Positions 23,860-32,915 of a DNA stretch of 64,000 nt are shown in pieces; the stretch's first letter is position 1; every line of letters starts with the position of its first letter. The position numbers were made by a program, and so were the translations under genes. The notes below the pieces were generated by a model, which saw only the letters and a list, made by a program, of their open reading frames with translations, had not been told where the DNA came from and searched no databases. Source of the DNA: Salisapilia sapeloensis CBS 127946 (lineage: Eukaryota > Protista > Oomycota); contig JAADVB010000090.1 of the NCBI GenBank assembly GCA_023334545.1, forward strand, positions 1 through 64,000, written 5' to 3'.

Positions 23860-24780
23860 ATGCTGCGTGCTGGAACCAATTTGCTGCTAAAACGAGCCTT
23901 TAATTCCTCTCGAGTCGTCCAAGACGGCGCCAAGGCTCTGGGGAGTATGCTACCTGCCTGCCACGCTTTCCCGACAGTCGATCATCAGACGAGCGTGGAT
24001 GATGCCATCCGTATGCTCGGTCACCAAGACTCCTCCATGCTGCCAATTACGAAGGACAGTCGTGTTGTCGGATTGTTCTCGGCGCATGACTACCTCGAAT
24101 CGGCCGCCGTGTCCCACATGACGGAATCCAAGCCAAAGCTCGTGAGCGAAGTGGCCAACATGAACGCAGATCAAGTCGTCGCGTATGCGGATGAATCGGT
24201 GGAAGACGTGTGGGAGAAGATGAATAACCACAATGTCGAGGCCTTGGCTGTGCTATCGGAAGACGATGCCTTGCTCGGTATCGTCACCCGGGAACAGCTG
24301 ACGGAAGAGATCTTCTACAACGATGGCTATTCTCAGCCGACGGTGTACCCGGACAACATTACCGTCGGAACGAGCCACGTGCGAGATGAGATTCTCGAGC
24401 TAGCTGGCACTGCACCAGACCACGGGCGGAAGCTGTACGACCAATTGAAAGCTGATCTGAACAAAGCCGACGAGTACACTCCGCTCTTGGACGAACAAGA
24501 TATGGAAAAGTTTCACCTCGATAAAAGTCTCGAAGACATGGCCTGTGCGTCTTTCTCCGAGTCATCTGACTTTCCGGAACAAACACCCATGGAGGAAGTT
24601 CTCTTCGTCCAGACTTTCGGCCGTGCTCCAACGAATGAAGAGTTAGCTTCGATGCAGCAAAAGCGCATGCCTGAACCGAGTCATGGAGAATTACTCGACC
24701 GCACTCCGTACTCGGCGACATCGGACTATCCGGAAGCATCTCCGGTGGAAGAAGCTGCGGAACAAGCTTTGCGCAAATAG
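23860..24780 (+). CDS. CBS-domain protein, probable mitochondrial presequence
   Basis: MLRAGTNLLLKRAFNSSRV presequence. CBS pair: TVDHQTSVDDAIRML...MLPI...VVGLFS and DESVEDVWEKM...LAVL...LLGIVTREQL. Confidence 0.8.
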   Translation: MLRAGTNLLLKRAFNSSRVVQDGAKALGSMLPACHAFPTVDHQTSVDDAIRMLGHQDSSMLPITKDSRVVGLFSAHDYLESAAVSHMTESKPKLVSEVANMNADQVVAYADESVEDVWEKMNNHNVEALAVLSEDDALLGIVTREQLTEEIFYNDGYSQPTVYPDNITVGTSHVRDEILELAGTAPDHGRKLYDQLKADLNKADEYTPLLDEQDMEKFHLDKSLEDMACASFSESSDFPEQTPMEEVLFVQTFGRAPTNEELASMQQKRMPEPSHGELLDRTPYSATSDYPEASPVEEAAEQALRK

Positions 24781-24861
24781 CTAAATCGACAGAATATATA
24801 TGAAATCAATTGCTTGAAAGATCAAATGTTTTCTTTCATTTTCACTCTTCTACTGGTAATT

Positions 24862-27800
24862 CTACATCTTGACGTCGAACAAGTCTTTGTGGAACTTGCT
24901 ACGGACTATGTCACGGACAAAGCCCAACATGACAAACTTCTCAAACAACATCACTGCGACCATGTTGCCGAGCAAGAAGCCCAAGTATTCTTGACGGAAA
25001 CTCGCGGGAAGCGGAATATCCGGAAGACCAACAACGTTCGTGCCACTGGCAATTCGGAACTGGTCTGTCACGATCGAAGGATCACCAAGGACCAGGTACA
25101 GGTTAAAGGCAAGCATGGCAGCAAAGAAGAGGCAGAAAGCCCAGTTGTGCCAAATTGCCTTTCGGAAGCGAGATCCAAACGAGTACACGAATGCGGCGGT
25201 TTGCTGCTGGAAGACGATCGAGTAGAAGAGGCACGTCGTGATCGAGTTATCCGAGAGCAACCACCACTTGGCAAGATCCGTACCAGCAGGGTCGAACGGA
25301 CAGTACCAGTCGCGCTGCACAAGGTAGTGCAGACTGAAGTACAGGAAGATGACGTTGATGATCTCCTGGCCGAGGATCGAGATGATCGTGGTAGGACCAA
25401 CAAGACTCGATGTCGGGCGCTGGGTGCCGAGGTACGACAATGGCTTGGACAGCGTGATGAAGTACGACAGACCGACGAGACAGAAACCGTCCGTCATGAT
25501 GTAGCACCACTCGCTCATGATGACACCGTTGTAGTACTGCACGAGACGCATGGTCGAGGCGATAAGTCCGTACATGACAAGGAACTTGACACTACCGAAG
25601 CTCGTCGCGAGGGAGCAGCGGCCTTCACGGCACAAGTCCACCACCGACATAACCGTCTTAGGCTTGGACGTGAACGGAGAGACGATGGAAGCTTCTGCAT
25701 CAGACAGAGCGATACCGGCATGGGCGATACGAAGAGCGCCGCAATCGTTGCCACCGTCACCGCACATACCAGTCACGAAGCCGTAGTCCATGTGCATCTG
25801 GACGCACTGGACCTTGCCGTCCGGAGTCATACGCGAGAAGATGCGCATGCTGGGGAGAAGCTCCTCCATCAATCCGACGCTCATCAGGTGATCAAACGCC
25901 GGGCCAGTACAAGCGAGCTCAATCTGGTCCTTGTTGTTCTGCGCCAATTCACGCACCGACTCGGTGGAGAAAGTCTCGCGAGTCTTGACGTCGCTCCAGA
26001 CGAGCTGTTTGCCGGCACCACGTTCACCCTGCATGTCAGCGAGAATGACCTGAGCGTTACCGGTTACCATGCCACACTGACGGGCGATGTAGCAGCCACA
26101 CATGGCGTTGTCACCGGTGATCATGACTGGACGGATGGAACCTTCCTGGAGCTGACGAATAGCATCGGACGTGTCCTCCTTGAGTTCGTTACGGAAGAGG
26201 ACGAGACCGAGGGAGTTAAGACCCGTTTCGACCGTGTCACGGTCCTTGATAAAGTCAAACAACTTATCGTCATCCATGTCCGGAAGCTCACGCACGGTCA
26301 TACCGAGGACGTAGCAACCATCACGTGCGAGCTCTTCGGAAATGTTCGTGTAGTCTGCCGGAAGACTTTCGTCAGTCGCGACTTGCTTCATCTTTTCGTA
26401 TGAACCCTTGCAGAAGACATATAGTTTGCGCGTCTCGAGGTCACGCATGACAACAGACATGGACATACGGTGGTGGTCGAACTCGAAGCGCTTGACGACC
26501 TGAAGTTGCGTGCCAGACGGACTCTTGACGACCGGCTGCTTGCCTTCCTCCTCAATGAGCTCCCATCCAGTAGCACGGAACATCTTGACTTCGACCTGGT
26601 TACCCACGAGGTCTCCGTTGAGGGATCCGACTGTGTGGCAGGATGCAAGAGCAAAGATCGACAGCTTGTCCATCTTGTTGAGGTCGATGCCAGGGACCAT
26701 GTCGAGGAACTCTTGGTTCTCCGACTGAATCGGCTTGAAACCGAGGAAGTCGAGACCTTCCTTGGTCAGCGTACCAGTCTTGTCGAAGCAGAAGACACGG
26801 ATCTTACCCGTGAGGGCAATACGATTCGTGTTAAGAGAGAAGACGCCGAGCTTTTCGAGACGCTTGGCAGCCATGACCTGACCAACCGTCACGACACACG
26901 GAAGCAAAGGCGAGATGATGCACGAGAGCATGAAGATGGCGTAGCACCAGGCATTAAGTCGGTTAGAGAGCGATCCGTTGCTCGTGAGGAACTTGACGAC
27001 GAGGATGACAGCAATGACGGCGTAGACCAAGAGACCAGCGACCATAACCTTGAGGTGCTCGTCGTACTTGAAGCGCATGAGGACCGGGAAGAGGATGTTC
27101 TGGATGAGCATACCCTTGGATGTGTGGGCACCAGTGGTCTGAACGACAGCGTAGATCTCTTCGTTACGGCCAGAGGACAAGACCTTGGTACCGGAGAAGA
27201 GCGTGTACTTCTTGCCACTTCCCATAATGTCGTACTCATCGTTCGAGTCCGGAATTGGGAACTTTTGCACCGGGTTCGCTTCACCCGTGAGCATACTTTC
27301 ATCACAGACAGTGGCACCAGCGACAATGACCATATCGCACGGAAGGGTCCAGTTCTCATGGACAGACACGAGGTCACCAGGAACAAGATCTCGGGAGCTG
27401 GCCATCTTCCATTCACCCGAACGCTTGACACGGACTTCCGTCTCGTACTTGGACATCTTAACGACCGATGCGCGCATACGACGCGACGTGTAGATGTTAA
27501 TGATGGCAGACAGACCGACGACACATGTCATGACGATACCAAGTTGCCAGTAGTCAAAGTAGTACCAGACGTAGTAGCAGACCATTTGGTAGATGTAGAA
27601 GAAGGTAAAGAACTCGACACGGATGGACGTCAGCATCGACGGCATTTCAATGTCAATCGCATTCGGACCCATGTGGTCGAGACGAGCCTTGTAGGCTTCC
27701 GTCGACAAACCGTCGGACTCGAGGTGGATGTCTTTAAACGACGTGCCGAGCTCCACGGTGGACGGGACAAAGTACGACCATTCGGCCATGTAGCTGTAGC

Positions 27801-29091
27801 GCAAGTGCTGGAACTCGATGAAACGAGAGCCCTTGTCCGTGACCTTGACAGGCACCGTGGACTCGTGTCCGACCTCTTTGTTCGGCATGAAGAAGTTCTC
27901 GACCTTTTGGACGAGGTCGACGACCTTCATGCGGTCCTTGAGCATGATCTCACTGTGTTCTGGCTTGAACATGTGGACAAAGTCAGCGCGTTCCAATGGC
28001 GTGCGTAGACGGAAGAAGTTGCGAATGACCTTTTGCGTCAGCACCAGCGTCATACTCCAGAAAAGCATGATAACCCAGAAGACGATAAAGACCGTGAGGA
28101 GAGGCTGGCCAGAGATGAGTAGTTGACGGCTATATACGCCGTAGTAGTCGAGCATGATTAGGATCAAAATCACGTGGACACCGAGCGTCATGACGGCGAA
28201 CCAACCGAGGAGGGCGTTTCCAAGAAGAGAGTTCTGGTAGCCGTATTGCTTAATCTCGGCAGACTGCTCGATAAGCTTCATTTCGCTCGAACGAACGCTG
28301 ACTTGCGACTTGCGGTTACCAATAGGCTCACCCGGCACCGGCGTGGCGGGACCTCCCTTGTTGTTCATCAAACCCATTTGCATGCCTTCCTTGTCCCTGG
28401 ATTTACCCAAAGACGTGGCTTCGTAGGCTTTCTTGTACAGGAACCAGAGAAGGACGGTAGCGAAGAAGGCGGCGTAAAACACGTAGACGAAGACGGCTGG
28501 CGCTTCCCCGCCAGTCGTGAAGTAGTAGTCGACAGCAGGAGGAGTAAAGGTACAAGCCGCTTCCTCTTCGTCCGTGGTGATCTCCGTGAGGTTTCCACCA
28601 CAGCGAGCCATGTTGTTACGCGGATTCTTGGAGAAGTCGACGTACATGTCTTGGACAAAGCCGAGAGACTTGGCGACTTCCGGGTCCTTGGTGCAGTTGA
28701 ATTCGTACGTGAGGGTATCTCCGTCCCTCATTTTACCGGCTTCGGTCAGCGCACAAAAGTCATCGTCTTGCCAGTAGAACTCTGGCGAGCTCGGACGATA
28801 CTTGTCGTACGGGTAGTTGATTTGACGAACAGGGTTGAGCCATCCGTCTTCGTAGATTTGTGAGATGTCTCCACCATGGTTTCCTTTGCCATGCGGACGC
28901 TCGTACTCCCGGAAGACATACTTGATGGTACCCAACTCCTTGTTCGTATCAGCTTCTTGGTAGATGTTGAGGTCACAGCAGTATTTTTTCATCCAGTGCA
29001 TGGGGCATGCAGGAAAGTCAGATTGGGCAGGTGCTTCGGCACTTGCGAGGCCGGCGCCCAGGACCAACGCGACGGTCCCGGCGATCTTCAT
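24862..29091 (-). CDS. P5-type (P5B/ATP13A-like) P-type ATPase with signal peptide and extra N-terminal ectodomain; intronless
   Basis: Phosphorylation site DKTGTLT, DESMLTGE, TGDN and GMCGDGGNDCGAL. P5 N-terminal domain (YGYQNS...). First ATG at 29091 (MKIAGTVALVLGAGLASA). Confidence 0.93.
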   Translation of the reverse strand: MKIAGTVALVLGAGLASAEAPAQSDFPACPMHWMKKYCCDLNIYQEADTNKELGTIKYVFREYERPHGKGNHGGDISQIYEDGWLNPVRQINYPYDKYRPSSPEFYWQDDDFCALTEAGKMRDGDTLTYEFNCTKDPEVAKSLGFVQDMYVDFSKNPRNNMARCGGNLTEITTDEEEAACTFTPPAVDYYFTTGGEAPAVFVYVFYAAFFATVLLWFLYKKAYEATSLGKSRDKEGMQMGLMNNKGGPATPVPGEPIGNRKSQVSVRSSEMKLIEQSAEIKQYGYQNSLLGNALLGWFAVMTLGVHVILILIMLDYYGVYSRQLLISGQPLLTVFIVFWVIMLFWSMTLVLTQKVIRNFFRLRTPLERADFVHMFKPEHSEIMLKDRMKVVDLVQKVENFFMPNKEVGHESTVPVKVTDKGSRFIEFQHLRYSYMAEWSYFVPSTVELGTSFKDIHLESDGLSTEAYKARLDHMGPNAIDIEMPSMLTSIRVEFFTFFYIYQMVCYYVWYYFDYWQLGIVMTCVVGLSAIINIYTSRRMRASVVKMSKYETEVRVKRSGEWKMASSRDLVPGDLVSVHENWTLPCDMVIVAGATVCDESMLTGEANPVQKFPIPDSNDEYDIMGSGKKYTLFSGTKVLSSGRNEEIYAVVQTTGAHTSKGMLIQNILFPVLMRFKYDEHLKVMVAGLLVYAVIAVILVVKFLTSNGSLSNRLNAWCYAIFMLSCIISPLLPCVVTVGQVMAAKRLEKLGVFSLNTNRIALTGKIRVFCFDKTGTLTKEGLDFLGFKPIQSENQEFLDMVPGIDLNKMDKLSIFALASCHTVGSLNGDLVGNQVEVKMFRATGWELIEEEGKQPVVKSPSGTQLQVVKRFEFDHHRMSMSVVMRDLETRKLYVFCKGSYEKMKQVATDESLPADYTNISEELARDGCYVLGMTVRELPDMDDDKLFDFIKDRDTVETGLNSLGLVLFRNELKEDTSDAIRQLQEGSIRPVMITGDNAMCGCYIARQCGMVTGNAQVILADMQGERGAGKQLVWSDVKTRETFSTESVRELAQNNKDQIELACTGPAFDHLMSVGLMEELLPSMRIFSRMTPDGKVQCVQMHMDYGFVTGMCGDGGNDCGALRIAHAGIALSDAEASIVSPFTSKPKTVMSVVDLCREGRCSLATSFGSVKFLVMYGLIASTMRLVQYYNGVIMSEWCYIMTDGFCLVGLSYFITLSKPLSYLGTQRPTSSLVGPTTIISILGQEIINVIFLYFSLHYLVQRDWYCPFDPAGTDLAKWWLLSDNSITTCLFYSIVFQQQTAAFVYSFGSRFRKAIWHNWAFCLFFAAMLAFNLYLVLGDPSIVTDQFRIASGTNVVGLPDIPLPASFRQEYLGFLLGNMVAVMLFEKFVMLGFVRDIVRSKFHKDLFDVKM

Positions 29092-29138
29092 CTTGATGGC
29101 AATCAAAGGTTCAGAAGATCAAGTGCGCAGTCGAAGGA

Positions 29139-29152
29139 AGATTTGGAAATGA
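29139..29152 (-). promoter_or_regulatory. Putative oomycete-type initiator (INR/FPR-like) core promoter element
   Basis: TCATTTCCAAATCT on the minus strand, about 50-60 bp upstream of the P5 ATPase ATG. It fits the YCATTYY initiator, and a similar element lies at 62424. Confidence 0.4.
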
Positions 29153-30626
29153 AAACCAAACTGATCAAATCTCTCGTGTTTTCCCAACGTACACGCGTGT
29201 TTCCCAATATTCTTGTAACGTGTTGGCCTATTTATAGCACAAAAAACTGTCAATCCCTCTGCATCTTATCCCGTCACAGGTTAGGTGCACAATGGGAAGA
29301 CCAGCGTGCTGGTCATCCAATCCACAGGCACTCGTCTGCTCGTCGTCTACTCTTATGTCAGGCTGCATGGAAGCAGAATGCCATCTTAAAGACGACTCGA
29401 TCGTTTCAGGTCGTTTTGCTCGATCAAAGGTTTCATATTGCATATCCCTGTCGTTTTCGATCTTTGCCAACAAAACTTTTACCAGTGGTACAAGAACCTG
29501 TTCTTGACCGGAAACTGACTCGCAGGATCCTTCTGTTAGCACGGTGCAGAAACCTCGCTCCCTTGTTGTCGTAAATACATAGCCTGGATACATCCAAGCT
29601 GTCGAATTCGAAAATTTCACATCCATGAAGCTTCGTAGAGAGGTTCATCCATGAAGACTACATCCGTTTCTAGCGAGGACTTGACTGAAACGGATGCCTG
29701 CTTCTACTTGTTTCCACCTGCATTCCTATACTGTCCGTACGGTACGCGTATAGGCATCTCCTGTCTGCAGCTCAAGTCCGTGTAGATCAATGCTGATTGA
29801 TGTATATCGCCTAGCCGTTCTCGTATCCTGTTTCTGTTTTCGTCCGCTTGATTGCACGTGAACCAACACAAATTTACAACGAAAGGATCCGTCGCCCTAT
29901 GGATGTGTGTATGAAGAGTGGTACGCGATTTGGAATTCATTCGCAGACATATTTCCATCACGCTCGTGCACTTCTTGGCACAAAGCAACTTGATAAATGA
30001 ACAAAGCTCGACGCATGTGAGCGAGTAGATCATGTATATGAACAGAAGACGAAACATGAGTTTATAGATCTAATCAGTTTGATGGGAATGTTTACTTGAA
30101 CCACATAATCTCTAAACGGCGTGGCACTCATGCAGCTGTCAAACAGTCTACTCAACACGCAACAAGGACGAGCTAACACGCCTACAGACGGCTTCAAGGT
30201 CATCACATGCAGCGGAAAAACGGTACCGTGAAAGCGGAAAATTTGTCTATGCACGCTGAGGAGTGGCAGCTGTTTACTCTACAATCTGCGCATGCAGCGT
30301 ATGCTATCGGTGGTCTGTTGACGATAGGCAATATTTTTCCGAGAGGGATCGAGGAAACACCAGAAGTCGTACCCATGATCTACCTACACAAATTTTTTGC
30401 TTGGTTCCTCTGCCTTACACGATTCTATCGTCTCATCTGCTTCCCTGAGTTTAAAAGTCTGCTTGGCCATATACCCATGACATGTCCCCTCTGCTACCCA
30501 CATCCACTTTGACCTCGCTATAGAACCTCGTATCTTGTTCCTAGCTGTCGACGATGCATAGGTCTACTTTACGCCTAGATTAGAAGCGACAAGCTACAAC
30601 ACCAACACTTGAAAAGATTTATTACT

Positions 30627-31600
30627 TTAAAGTTCCCATCGGTTTGGACAGCTCAGACACATGACGATAATGCGAGTCCGGTCTACGACAGCTTTCCGGC
30701 GCCATTGTCGGTATCTCGTACGCCACGATCCGCAACTTCGACATTCAAACAAGTCTGTTTCAGTAAACCCTTCTAGTGCTCGATCTTGACGCATGACTTC
30801 ATGTGTTCGCTTGCGAATCCACGCTTTACGCTGTTGCACTAAGACCGGATTGGCCAGCTCACTAGCAGACAAGCGGACGAGATCAGACGCTGGGAGGCTA
30901 CCTGATAACACCCGATCACGCAGATGCGCGTTACGAGCATCGCGAAGATTGAAAAGGAGTTGCCGAGCCTTTTGGTTGTAAGCTTTCGCCAGCGAATAGC
31001 TACATGTAGGGTCAGATGCATATAGACAGGTACGAATGTACACGGAAAATGTTACTCTAAGCCATGGATGTCAAACAGCGCTTCTTCAATCTGGTGCGAG
31101 ACGGATATAGCATCCTGTGTAAAGGGTTGAAGAACTTCGTAGACGCGTTCACGGAATTTACGGCGAGACACTATGATGATGTTAAAAACATGTACTACAA
31201 ATCCTCTATACAAGATAATATACCGGTACTCATCGCAAGACTCCACGACTTACATACTCGTCCGACTTGCGTGAACTTTAAAATGTTCACCAATACTTCT
31301 TGCGGCAAGAGTGCTGCAAAGGATTGATTTGCTGGTTTTGCAGGTGACGGATTCAAAGTAGACTCGGTGACACTAGTACTAGAAGATTGGCCTGTTCCGA
31401 CTGTACAATAGAATAAGCAATGCCTCCAACAAACGAAAACTTGGTAGGAACGAACCGGATAGTCCGAGCTCTTCCTCGAGCTCTAGCGCCCACGTCGTAT
31501 CGTCTTCTTCCTCGCTTTCAACGTCTTCTCCCTTTGAAATAACTTCCTGTCGCCTGTCACGTCCGAGACAGCGAGCTTTATTCGCGCGTGGAGATAGCAT
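30627..31600 (-). CDS. F-box-like + TFIIS domain II + TFIIS-type zinc ribbon protein lacking the catalytic DE hairpin (4 exons, 267 aa)
   Basis: Introns 31401-31455, 31171-31229 and 31000-31055 give an open 804-nt frame. Motifs are LLPQEVLVNILKFTQVGRVCKSW (F-box-like), IEEALF...YNQKARQLLFNL..RNAHLRDRVLSG...ELAN (TFIIS-M) and C-x2-C-x24-C-x2-C-x2-RW (TFIIS-C). Confidence 0.8.
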
Positions 31601-31735
31601 GAGCTCTAGCCTCTCCGACGCCGGTCGCTCGCGGTTGTGAGCATGCCGGCATGCAGGAAACTCTTCCAGGTAGCACGAAGGTCGTTCCGATGGTTTCTCG
31701 AAGGTTGCGCGACAATACCTATCGACACTAATCCA

Positions 31736-32799
31736 ATGGACGAGTATGAAGAGTACTTTGATGCGATGCTCTTCGTAAATGACGAGTAGGGTCCTTTATG
31801 ATGTATCAATATACTCTGATATTCATCCTCTGTTGTGTGTTGTTGTAGTTACGTTGAGCAGACGTTTGAGATCGGTCAAGACTGCCAACAGACCTTGCTG
31901 GCGTCATCCTCGGCATCCGTAGGTTGCATGTTGTAGTTTGCATGAACGAGTATTGATGCTAGGACCTTATAGACAGATCATGACTTGACAGGGCAGATCG
32001 TATGGCCTGTGTCTATCTTTCTTGCATGGTGAGTACCTGGTTTTGCATCTTCTTGTCGACATGCTGACGTCTGGGTAGGTTCATGTCATCTAAGAAAGAA
32101 GAATTGAAAGGCAAAAACGTCGTGGAACTAGGTGCAGGTGCCGGTCTTAGTGGTCTTGCTGCTGCTCAATACAGGTACATATTTACTATACTGCTGTCGT
32201 TCGAGTCCTAATGATATAATGATAGTCATCGCACGGTCTTAACGGACGGTAATGATATTGTGTTGGACTTGCTTGAAAAGAATGCCAAGCAATACGCCAT
32301 CAATCCAGACGTACGTCCTAAAAGTTTGTTTCTTTATAACACAACTTACAAAGTATAACGATAGAAAGTTTCTGTTCTGCCGCTATTGTGGGGCGAATCA
32401 GCTAGTGTGCATGCGTTTGAGGCAGCTTTCCAGGCCTCCGTGGACATTATCATCGGAGCAGACGTCGTCTGCTGGCCAAAGCTCGTCAAGCCATTGCTAC
32501 AGACGATCAAGTACTTGATGCTGCGTCATCCACAGCCACTCACCTGTCGCTTCTACTGTGGATTTGTCTGTAGAGCCCAGTCGACGGAAGACTTGTTGTT
32601 CCAAGAAGCAAAGAGCTTTGGATTCAACGTCACTAGAATCGACGATGAAACATTCTTGCCATCTCCACGTCCAGAGCAAGTCGTATCTCATCGGGAACTG
32701 CAGCTCCTGTCTTTCCAATTAGATGCAAGCAAAAGCAATTGGGATGCTCCTGTCGAGTTCTCGGATGCAGAGCTCGATGGTCTCCAGACCGCTTGCTAA
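31736..32799 (+). CDS. Class I SAM-dependent protein-lysine methyltransferase (METTL21/EEF1AKMT-like), multi-exon
   Basis: Exons give DLTGQIVWPVS, KGKNVVELGAGAGLSGL, VLTDGND, LLWG and DIIIGADVV. Confidence 0.88.
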
Positions 32800-32915
32800 T
32801 ACATCAAATACATCTTGCTTTTCATACTTCTTTCATAGCCTTTCTTATCCGTACTTGATTGCATCGATACAAATCGCAAGAGAAAACGTGGAACCGCAAG
32901 TGCGGCGACCGAGGC

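Noticed and set aside
24814-28863. Long antisense ORFs (529, 512 and 229 aa) opposite the P5 ATPase
   Set aside because: Shadow ORFs expected from the C/G-ending codon bias of the real gene. They have no recognisable motifs or clear ATG starts.
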